The notes under the pieces: generated by a model
Told to the model about the DNA's origin: nothing
The model's database searches: none
The model's input: only the letters and a program-made list of their open reading frames with translations
Assembly (NCBI RefSeq): GCF_001194135.2
Contig: NC_068989.1
Span: 71,580,419-71,644,165 of the forward strand
Length of the DNA stretch: 63,747 bases
Direction of reading: 5' to 3'
From: Octopus bimaculoides
Taxonomy: Eukaryota
Program-made: the position numbers and the translations under genes
Shown: positions 35,901 through 47,900 of the stretch, one piece after another
Position numbering within the stretch: position 1 is the stretch's first letter
Layout of the letters: each line of letters opens with the position of its first letter

Positions 35901-38900
35901 NNNNNNNNNNNNNNNNNNNNNNNNNNNNNNNNNNNNNNNNNNNNNNNNNNNNNNNNNNNNNNNNNNNNNNNNNNNNNNNNNNNNNNNNNNNNNNNNNNNN
36001 NNNNNNNNNNNNNNNNNNNNNNNNNNNNNNNNNNNNNNNNNNNNNNNNNNNNNNNNNNNNNNNNNNNNNNNNNNNNNNNNNNNNNNNNNNNNNNNNNNNN
36101 NNNNNNNNNNNNNNNNNNNNNNNNNNNNNNNNNNNNNNNNNNNNNNNNNNNNNNNNNNNNNNNNNNNNNNNNNNNNNNNNNNNNNNNNNNNNNNNNNNNN
36201 NNNNNNNNNNNNNNNNNNNNNNNNNNNNNNNNNNNNNNNNNNNNNNNNNNNNNNNNNNNNNNNNNNNNNNNNNNNNNNNNNNNNNNNNNNNNNNNNNNNN
36301 NNNNNNNNNNNNNNNNNNNNNNNNNNNNNNNNNNNNNNNNNNNNNNNNNNNNNNNNNNNNNNNNNNNNNNNNNNNNNNNNNNNNNNNNNNNNNNNNNNNN
36401 NNNNNNNNNNNNNNNNNNNNNNNNNNNNNNNNNNNNNNNNNNNNNNNNNNNNNNNNNNNNNNNNNNNNNNNNNNNNNNNNNNCGATTTTTAGCGTGGAAT
36501 CAACTCCCCTGACCTCCTACTTTCCCGCAAATCCCTTATTTTGGTGGTTCACCGCCCCGGATTTTTGGGAAATTTTTCTTTCGTAAAAATTTAGCGAAAA
36601 GTCTGTGATAATTTATGAAAGATGATTTAATTACTAAAGGAACATGAATATGAAAGAAAAAGAAATATTTTAATGTGTACCAAGATTTGCAGAAAATGCC
36701 AGAGTCAATTCAAATTATTTTCAACAAACCGAAAGAATGCCAAACGCAAAAAAAACAAACTAATTTTGAGTCGATTATATCGACCCCACTATTTGACAAG
36801 ACTAATACTTCGACCGTGCGAACCAAAGGAGATGGCGACGTAGACGGTATTACAAACTGGTGACGACCAATGGTAGACAGTACATTGGTGAAGACACGTC
36901 GGCGCTGGAACTGGCTGTAGCTGTGCTCTGTATATGTGGTCAACGACCAGACCTGTGAGAGATCTGAAATCGAAGAAGACTACCGTCTTTGGATCGGGCT
37001 TATTTATAGGCGAAATAGGGCTCACCGGAAACCCAGTAAAACTCTCTATCACGTGACTTTATCTGAAGCTACGATTGGACGTAAAGCCCCCTAGCAAGCA
37101 GAACATGGGGACAATTGCCGCGCAAATAAGAACCAATAAGGATGGTGGACAGAAGGAACCAAGGCAGCCGAAAGCTAGATGTTAGNNNNNNNNNNNNNNN
37201 NNNNNNNNNNNNNNNNNNNNNNNNNNNNNNNNNNNNNNNNNNNNNNNNNNNNNNNNNNNNNNNNNNNNNNNNNNNNNNNNNNNNNNNNNNNNNNNNNNNN
37301 NNNNNNNNNNNNNNNNNNNNNNNNNNNNNNNNNNNNNNNNNNNNNNNNNNNNNNNNNNNNNNNNNNNNNNNNNNNNNNNNNNNNNNNNNNNNNNNNNNNN
37401 NNNNNNNNNNNNNNNNNNNNNNNNNNNNNNNNNNNNNNNNNNNNNNNNNNNNNNNNNNNNNNNNNNNNNNNNNNNNNNNNNNNNNNNNNNNNNNNNNNNN
37501 NNNNNNNNNNNNNNNNNNNNNNNNNNNNNNNNNNNNNNNNNNNNNNNNNNNNNNNNNNNNNNNNNNNNNNNNNNNNNNNNNNNNNNNNNNNNNNNNNNNN
37601 NNNNNNNNNNNNNNNNNNNNNNNNNNNNNNNNNNNNNNNNNNNNNNNNNNNNNNNNNNNNNNNNNNNNNNNNNNNNNNNNNNNNNNCGACGCGCTAATGA
37701 TTATGCATATTAGATGCTGAAGTCCTAAATAAACAGAAAGGCGAGTTACAACTAGACTCCCTTCGTAAAAAAAAACAAAAAAAAAAAACATTAACCATTA
37801 ACCGTTTTTATACACCGATATGCCTTTGTTGTTTTTTAACAAAAAATAAAGATCTTTACCCAAGGGGAAAGATCCAAAAATAATTAAAGCATTATATGAA
37901 TTCATAGAATTACCTGTTTTGTTTTGGCTTCAATAATGTGGCTATCAATTTTGAGCGTATAGGAAAAATTAACTTAAATCAGACTTTAAAAAAAAGGGGG
38001 GGGGGAGGAAATAGACGAAGTCCTCAGCATTGTCCTACTACAAGATTGAAAGACATCATGGTTCGAGGTGAATACAACAAAAAAGTTACATAAAATAAAA
38101 TTAAAAAGCAAATAAAACTGATTCCCTAAGATGTCTCTATCACCATCCATCCATGCAAATATACAGATTACACACTACATATACGTATTACACACAAAAG
38201 AAACGCCAAGTTATCCAAGAAAAAAAGATGTTCTACTAAATATTTATTTACTTCTCTGATCTTGCTAGACGCAGGCTTTTTCCCTCTCATCTTCGAAAGT
38301 TACTTCTTCAACGGTTGTCTGTGTTTGAGCGCAGTTTCAACTCAGTTGATCACTTCAATAATTTCGCTGAGATCAAACAAACTTCTTCCTTTCTCAGTAT
38401 CAAACCGATCTCACTTACCCCTTTCTCTCCCCTTCGCTCTTTTCCCCTCCCTCACTTCCTTTATTTCTCTTCCTTTCCCTCCCTCTAGTTCTCTTTCTCA
38501 GCCTCCCCTCTCTTCCTCTGTTTCTCTCCCTCTCTTTTTCTACCTTCATGTCTTTTCCTTTCTCTATCTCTTTTCTCCCTCTTTCACTTTCTAATTGACT
38601 AATCAAAGCTACATAATTTAGTATTGTTAAAAAAGGTTGTTTTGAAGACCCGCGGTACCCATTTTATTATTTTCCTTAATACATCAATTGTTGCCCTGTC
38701 ACTACACAAAACTAACAAAAAAGCCGACACTAGACTACCAACATTAGCGAAGGAGAAGCCTCTACACAGTAACTCGACATGCCAGAAATAACAGCCAATC
38801 ACCCTAAAACCATACCGCATAACTGTGGTTAACAATGTTTTTGACTTCGTGGTACACTAGAAATCATCACTGGCTCACTTTGTATGGAAAGCTAAATTTT

Positions 38901-41900
38901 AAAAAACTGATTTGAAACTAAAAAAATATTGAAAACTATCACTTTCTTTAATTAGCAATCCATCATTTCTGGTCTCGGAAAAGTAAACTATTTGCTCGGC
39001 AAGTTATGTATAAAATTTACTTTTTTAACGTTTATTTTTTTGCAGCTGAACAGTGAAAAACAACTTCGCGTGCACACACGCCAACACGTAGATACACACA
39101 TAAATGTTTTTTTTTTTTCACGAATCGCTTGTCTATTTTTGTGTATTTATGTTTATGTGTATGTAAGCTGAAAAAGTGAAGTGATAAAAAGGTTTTACGG
39201 NNNNNNNNNNNNNNNNNNNNNNNNNNNNNNNNNNNNNNNNNNNNNNNNNNNNNNNNNNNNNNNNNNNNNNNNNNNNNNNNNNNNNNNNNNNNNNNNNNNN
39301 NNNNNNNNNNNNNNNNNNNNNNNNNNNNNNNNNNNNNNTTTCTTGCCTTTAACCCTCCAACGCGGAGTATAGGCCACTTATAATTGAATTTCATGTCGCA
39401 TAATTTCTCGCTTCTGTACTTATACTGTGTCATGAATGTCTCCCTTTCTCTAGTTCCTTTTGTGTTGATCTACGCCACGAGTTCTTAGCCCTACCCCTCT
39501 TTCTAAATCCATTCGGATTCCACTGTAAAGCACTTTTCGCTACATTTGGTGTGTCCTTTCTAATTGTGCTACCAATCCACTTCCACTTTTTCTTCCCTAA
39601 TCGAAACTTGATTCGTTCTTTGCCATAGCTCCATATTGCTTGTGTGTTCGGGCCATCTGATTTTAAGTAATACTACGCAAGCATCTGTTGATGAATGATT
39701 GTATTTGCTTATTTGACTTAACTGTTGTTCGCCATGTCTCAGCCCCATACAATAACACCGCTTTTACGTTATTAATCATGTAATAAATATATTAATACAT
39801 TTTTAAACATGCTGAAACAATTAATTTGGATTTTCTAGAGATTTAACTTATTTGTCTTAAATTTCACGGCGTACCGTTAGTGAACCTTTGCTTAATATCA
39901 AATACAGAAACACATTAGAAAATGTAATGCTTAGACCAAACATTGATGGTCACAGATGAAACACTTTTCTTTTTTCATTTCTGTGTTCGCAGTTAACCTG
40001 GGGTTAAGAACAACACAACAGGATCATTGAGGCATGCTGTACGTAGTCGCTCCACCTTACATGAAATAACAGTCAAATCTCCTTTGCATCGTTCTCAAGT
40101 ATGGGAGGTATGGGCAACCTTTTCCGAAAAGCGGGTCACACGAGACATGGCTCATTAGTAGGCGGGCTGTACAACTAAAATAAATTCAAGGTAATTTTTT
40201 GTTAGGTGCGCCCCATTCAGGAAGTCTTGCGGGCCGAAGATTGCCCATGACTGAATTACTACCATCTGAAGGCAAATGGCATGCTTGATGAACATAGCCT
40301 TAAAATACGGAATGATCATGGTTGGAATGCTTGAGCAGGGTAGTTAGTGGCCTAAAGAACAAAGTCGCTCCACCTCACTAGAAACAACAACCAAATCTCT
40401 CTTTAAAAAAAATGCACATCTAACATCTTAACCAGAGCAAAAGACATTTGATATAACCTTAAAAAATTACCGACAAATGACGTAAACCTTAATATCCATG
40501 AATAGGTTAAGTTGCAACATTATGGACGCTAATAAACACAACATTATTATAACATCTGAATGAATTCGTATTGTATAACGAAGTATTCTGGTGTTTGGAG
40601 AGAACAATAACATACTAAACAGGGAAAGGAAAAAGTCACAATTTTTGGCTGCGGTGAAAAAGCAAGAGAAAAAATATGTTATCACTTATAGAAAGTTAAC
40701 AACCCGAGAACCGAGGTTGAGACTTGATATTTTAGGTATTATACTACAGATGTGTGTCCAACCTACCCCCGACTTTGTTTCTTCATAACTTTCTGAAAAA
40801 CGCATATTTTAAGGTAATATTTTCAACAAATACTTTTCAGATGATGTAGATTACGATTATGTCGGAATTTGAGGAGAAAATAAATTGATGGGGGGGGGGG
40901 GGCTGATAATTCACGCACCTCATCAGAACGAAGAGACAGCTGAGGTACTTGAACCCCCACCTTCACGTCAAATTCCGAGACAATCTTTAATGTAGTCCAA
41001 AACATACCTCTGAAAACTCCATGAAAAAATGAGGGTGGGTGCACACATCTATAATTATAGCATGTCTTGCGATACGGCCCTACGTTGTTAAGTTACTTTA
41101 ATTACTGTAGCCTATCCTGAGTACTCATTGTGCATACCTGATACACAGACATACACGATATAAGCCAATCTTTCGGTATTAGTAGACAACGAACGTCATT
41201 CACCAAGACAGATAAAGAGGCTAAGCTGAATAAAAAAATGTGAATGGCGTCGTCTACTAATACTGAAAGATTACATGTGTTTATATATGTGCGTGTAGAC
41301 ATATACATACGCAAAATTGTTACATTAAAATTAAAGAAAGCGAAATTAATAATGCGTTAGAATACTGACCGAAAAGTCACGGTTGGAATACCATCACCAG
41401 TGCTGTGCTTATGGTACTAACAAACTGTAGAATAACTCTTGAGTCTTACTGAACCAATCCACCAAAATATAAGAATGAACACTAAGGAGGTGCGGTACCA
41501 CTAGAGGCGCTGTACCAATTAATTAACAAGCTGTTTCATTCGCATATAATGCTGAACCAAGGCTGTCTTATATAGGAAGTATCTGATAGCTTAACAACCT
41601 CTTTAAAAGGAAGTGAAACTAATAAAATTTATTATATTCATAGAATCTGTTCACGAAAAAGAAATTCTATTTGGAATACATTGAATTTTTCTTACCTTGC
41701 CGAATTTATCCACACGAATAGACAGATTTTCTATAGAATGTTGAACAGCTTGTTGAACGGTGTGGTTAGCAGAAAGAGGCTGTTTTCCTAGAAAAAGACC
41801 AAGATAATACGCACATAAAAAAAAAGGTTCCTTTGTAAAATTAGCTAAATCATCTTGTGAAATTTGAAATAAATTTATACAGGGGATGGTAAAATTCAGC

Positions 41901-44900
41901 AAAACATGCAGTAAAATACGTATAGAAAAAATTAAAGCATTAAAAATAGTGTTTAACGTATAAGGCAAAAAAACCTCCTACATTCTGCGCGGCTATTTGG
42001 TGTGGCGATCATGAAGTTAGGCAGGTAGAAATGGTGTCTTCATGTAGCTAATGTTTTACCATGTTGTTTTCTTCAGTTATCATCATGGTCTGGACTGGTA
42101 CACATTGTGCGCTTACTATTAAAATGTTTATCAAGATTGGCGAGTTCAAAGTTTTTTTGCCGCAACTTGCACACTGGTTTTTAATATAAATAAAATACCA
42201 TCTTAGATTGCTGAACGAAAATGCCTGTTTCCATACTGATTGAAAGTGAGTTTTTGCGATAAAATAAAAACATCTTTTTTTTTTTTCCTTATCTATAAAG
42301 ATTTAAGTTTAGTTTTTAAAAATTATACTCAAACAAAAGTCTCGATTTCAATTTTTAAAATTATTTTGTATTCCTACCACGCCCACCACTATAATTTTAG
42401 ATTAATGAAAACCCTGTGTATTCGACTTTCAAAATAAGAAAAATATCCTTGAATCAAAAATTCTATTGATCTAACTTTAAAACTGCCTTACACAAATCCT
42501 GAACTCAAACAGTTTCATTGTAAAATCTTGTTGCTAAACCAACTAGTTTATTAACATTTAGGGTAACTTGTTATAATACTCTGCACTCGGATGTCAGGAA
42601 TAAACAGCTCCAAGAGACCTCACCTTCATGAAGCAAAAAAATTAACCTTTTGTCTCTCCTGTGTATTAAAAGACAGGCAAAGGGTTAATTTTCCCTGGCA
42701 TCCAAACATATTTGACAAACTTCCTAATTTTTTTCACCCATTAGAGTAACTTGTAACTTATGAAAGCAAAGATTATATTTCTCGGAACGTATGCAACTAT
42801 TTCTTACTAAATGTCTGAAAACAGTTATGGATGTTTACAGCGGCGGCTCATGTATAGGAACTGCAACACCCACCTATTTCCACTCAATATATCGATAACA
42901 TTCAATATAATGAGTCCTTTTTTCTTTAATTCTTTCTTTATACTTGTACATTATATAATCCTTAAGCTTAATGTTAGTAGCCATCCCCTAGTTTATGAAA
43001 AAATACAAAAATCATTGTATAGAACTGTGTGCTTCACAGTTTCAGCAATGTAGTGTTTCGATAGGAAGCTTCGTGTTAGGGAGAGAGAGAGAGCACTGCG
43101 TGAACGACAGGGCTGACCCGGTATTCTGGTGAAAAGTAGTGTTTCTTTTTGACTCTGCGTGTGTTGTGCTTAAAAACGTATTTATATTCTTGAATGTGAT
43201 AAAGTGTAGAATTAGATTATTATCCTGCTTCCAGCTTCAGTTTTGCTGCCAGGATTTGAAAAATAGTGCACATTCTGCCCCCCACCTTATTTTGTGATTT
43301 AGGGGAGAGGTTGAAAAACAAGGGGGAATTTGCGGTGATGTTCAATGAACAAATTAAAGATACTACCCAGCAGTGGCTAAAATGTGAACCGATCAAGTTT
43401 ATGTATAAATTTTCTTTTTGTACATTTGTTTCCTTTTACACAATATTAAAACAACAGCTAAAAATATTCTGAAGCAGCACCTACACTAATTTTACCTATG
43501 AGTTGCCACTGGATGTGTAGGACAAACTTAAGAAAATGCTTTGGACAAATAGATGGGACTTGGATTTTCCTTTGGGAAAGAATGATGGCCTACCTAAGGC
43601 AACTTTCTAAATGATACGAGAAAATGAGCCTTGTTTTCTTTTTTACTGTTTTGTTAAAGAAAGTAGAGTTGTGCCTAAGATCCTTACTTCCAAGAGCCAC
43701 CCACACTGGAGGGAGGAAGTTACTCCCAAACTAGAGGCCTTGGAACAGAGTGGACCCTACAAAATGCATGCAAGGTCTTGGTGGCTGTGTAAAACAAGGT
43801 CATTGATTAAGACTGCAACCTAAAAACTCAGAATTCAAAGAGTCAGAACAAATACCATAAGGTACCTCACACTGGAGCAGTACTTTATTTCACTGACCTT
43901 GAAAGAAAGAAAGGCAAAGATGACTCTGGTCAAATTTGAAATCAGAACAACAGAGTCAGAAAAAGTATTACAATGCCTACCTTCTTACAACACCACTAGC
44001 CGACCAGCTTTAACTGTCTTAAATATAATTTTATGGCAGGGCTGTGATTTGAAACCACAACAGCTCAATAACAAGAAATAGGTCACAGAATATCAGAGGA
44101 CTTGTCCTGAATTCTGACCAATCAAATTTGTTAGAATTCTATGATAATGGAATTTTCCACAATTTTCCTGCCAAAACATGACCATAAATTGCAAAGCACC
44201 AGAGAATCATTGCACAGCTATTTGACTTTGGGTTAAAAAGGAACATTTTGTCTCCAATGAACACAGAACTTTCCTGCAACTCACCAACACAAATATGTAG
44301 CTAATTCTTGGTCAACAAACATGATTCACTACAGGCTTTCAGTGATACACTCTCTAACAAGTAATTATCTTAATCATTGTAATCTTTATGTATAAATGTT
44401 TTCCTTGAAAACTTCAAATGAACTTGGTTTTAATATGGGTAAAAAAAACTGCAGTGAAAATCAACCCTGCCAATTATTCAACACTTAAATATGCATGCAT
44501 ACAGTAGATTTGAACTCAGAATCCATGAGCTGGTAACCCAATACTATTTCTACTCAGCCATTTGTTCTGGTTTCATTAACTATTGTTTAATATGTCTGCA
44601 TGTGAGATCAATTGCTGTGCAGTTTAAGTGTACAGCCATATTGTGTCATGTAATTTTTGATAAAAGGTAAAAAAAATTCCTGTGGTGGTGGGGATGGAAA
44701 CTGAAAGAATCCCATTGCGCACGTGTGTGTATATATATATATATGTGTGTGTGTGTTTGTCCCCCCCCCATCACTGCCTGACAACTGGTGTTGGTGTGTT
44801 TACATCCCAGTAACTTAGCAGTTCAGCAACAGAGTCCGATAGAATAGGCACTAAGCTGAAAAGAAAAATTAAGTCCTGGAGTCAATTTCTTCGACTAAAA

Positions 44901-47900
44901 AAACCCTTGAAGGCAGTGCTCCAGCATGGCTGCAGTCAAATGACTGAAACAAGCAAAAGAGACAAAATCAATGAGATGGTCACAGCTGGCATACCTTTGA
45001 TCATAAGTATGCTCAACTGTGATTGTGCTGGCACTAAACAATGACAAAACAACTATTATAACTCAGTTGTGTTTATTGTGTGATCCTGATTTAAGTTCTC
45101 CAGCTGTGACCATCCCATATGTTTTGTATATCTGGGACTATAGTGTTCAATGTAACATTTTATTTTTAAAGAAATATGATTTGAGAGTCATTTGGCTGCT
45201 ATATCTAATAATCCAACCACCACTGTCACATGTTAAGAAAAAAAAGCACAATTTGTTAAATAATATTAACAACCTGATGTGAATTCTTCATTAACATCCT
45301 TAAAGAAAATAAATTTAGCAAATACAGTGCAAATAATAATAATAATAATAATAATAATAATCCTTTCTGTTATAGGCACAAGGCGTGAAATTTGGGGAGT
45401 GATATAGTCGATTACATCAACCTCAGTACTCAAGTAGTACCTAATTTATCGACCCCACCACCTGAAAGCACAAAAGGCAAAGTCAACCTCGGTGGAATTT
45501 GAACTCAGAATGTTCCAGCAGACAAAATACTGCTAAGCATTTTGCCTGGTGTGCTAACGATCCTGCCAGCTTGCTGCCTCAGTAATAATAAATATAATAA
45601 TAAATATAATAATAACTCGTAGTACCCATGGCAATTCTATAGTTATTTTAAAAATCACAAGATGAAGTTGTATGATTTTCTAAAGAATTTGAGTGTGTAG
45701 CCACGTTGTGTTCCCTTCATTAAACACGCACTCTCTTTGCCTCTCCTTTCAACTAAATTACATACCCCTATGTTGGCTTCTTTCAGTTTCTGTCTACTAT
45801 TACCAGATCCACTCACAAGGCTTTGGTCGGCCTGGGACTTTAGTAGAGGACATGTGTTCAAGGCTCCACACAGTGGGATTGAATTTAAAACCATGTAGTT
45901 GGCAAGCAATCTTCTTAGTCACACAGCCATGCTTGTGCTTACAACAAATTTACATATAATCATGTTGAGAGCCAAACAATTATTTTAACCAAATTTTGAT
46001 TGCTTATAGAAACGGGTTGCCCAGTTTTCTGTATCAGCATCACCTTACATTATTTGAATGTTATTTTCCATACTGGCATTAGAGGGATCTCACAAAGTCA
46101 CCTAATTACCCACCAGAATTTATCATCATTATCTAGTACACACAACAACAGAGACAAACTGATCAATATAGTGGTTATCTATGTTGTTGTTTCAGCACAG
46201 TTTTTATGACTAGATCCCCTTCACATAATGAAATCCTTTACAGCATTGGCTACATTTATTTTATTGTGCTTGTAGACATAAAGAGTATGTTCCCAGCTGA
46301 TACACTTGCATTAAAAACATCTATTACATTAAAGGTGCTAGCGATCGATTCCTAAAGCATCTGTTATGCTGTGGAAAGGGGATGATAGAAGTAAATGACA
46401 GAGGGAAAGAGAGATTCAAACAAACACAACTGCCGCACGCATACATACACACACTCACAAATGCTATTAGTGCATACACACACACAACAATTAGCTGTAT
46501 ATGTGTATGTGTGTACAAGACTAGGAGGGGGCATATCCGTATATGTATGCATGCCGTTAGTGTTGACATGTGTATAAGTGTATGTTTGCACACACCAGTA
46601 ATATTTTGTTTAACTTCTCTCTTTTACACTATTTATCTGATGATGCAGTCTTTTGAATCATTAGATCCTTGACACACCATCCAACTTGTGCCCGGAAAAG
46701 GACAGAGATGTTGAATGATAACTATGATGGTGTGTGTAACATTTAAAATGTCATATTGATCTTTAATACTTGGGTGGTTGTTTCTAATTCAACTATGAAA
46801 CATCCACAAGGTCAGGCAGTACATTACTACACATTATTACAAATTATATATTGAAAAAAATATTGTAGTAACTTACCTGATTGTTTGGAGAAGAGTGTTA
46901 GTAATACAATGGACACTCTATAAAATACCTTGAATCCTTCAAGCAGGTAGCAATCAATTACTTTCACCTGAAATTAAACATGAATGAATAAAGAAAATAA
47001 AACACAACACATCAGTGAATGAGGGAGGCTCTACATTGGGGCTGGCCAACCTGAGGTTTTTACCTTGTGGCCTGCTTGATACTTTCTTGAAATGGGTTTA
47101 TTTAAACAAACATTTAAAAGAATTTATCAAAAATTAACGATTGTAATGAAAAGTAAAACGGAAAGATACTACTGTTTTGGCAATGATAATATTTCATGTT
47201 GAATCAACAATCATTCATTCATTATTGTCATAATAGCATGAGAAGGCATAATATTTTCCATTCTGTCAGTATACAAGCAGCCCTCAAAAAACTTTTTGTG
47301 ATTGAAGTGGCCTGCAATGTAATTCAAGTTGGCCAGGCCTGCTCTACATAGCTGCCCTACCTGCTAAAAATAGCAGCCAAATACCCTTGGAATCAAAACT
47401 AGCATTTTATATAAGGAAAGAACAGACTGGATGATGTAGTGTGAGATGTTTCTAAAAAAATGGGAGGGCATACTTGGAAAGGTTTTGATCAAATGTCTAC
47501 TCAAGCAGGGTTGATCTGAGCCTAAACAATAGTAACACATTAGTGCACTTTTAATGGTGGTGGCAGAATTGATACAACACTAGAGAAAATGAATTGATGC
47601 ATGTCCCTTTGTGGTCCAAGTTTTGAACCCCTCTTGGGACAAGAAAACAATACAAGTAATACTTTAGATATTAATAAATATCAACTATAACCCTAACCCC
47701 TAAGCAATTTCAAGGGTCTTGTACCAGTGCAAGAAACTGGTTTTGTGATGTGGGGGTCAGTAAGTTGACAGAAATGGTACAATGATAGATTAGATGTTTT
47801 GCAGTAAGTATTTCATTCTGTTCTCTCTACATTCTGCGGGGTCAACATCCCCATCTAGCAAAAAGTTAGGAAAGCATTGATGAGAATTCAAAACCAACAA

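Noticed and set aside
38240-38420. Coding-looking stretch in intron 5
   Set aside because: Stops in the minus frames, no convincing splice-site pair, no recognisable motif.
42060-42095. ATG-starting mini-exon (MMITEENNM|GTAAAA) upstream of exon 5
   Set aside because: Phase 0 donor does not match the phase 1 acceptor of exon 5; weak donor.
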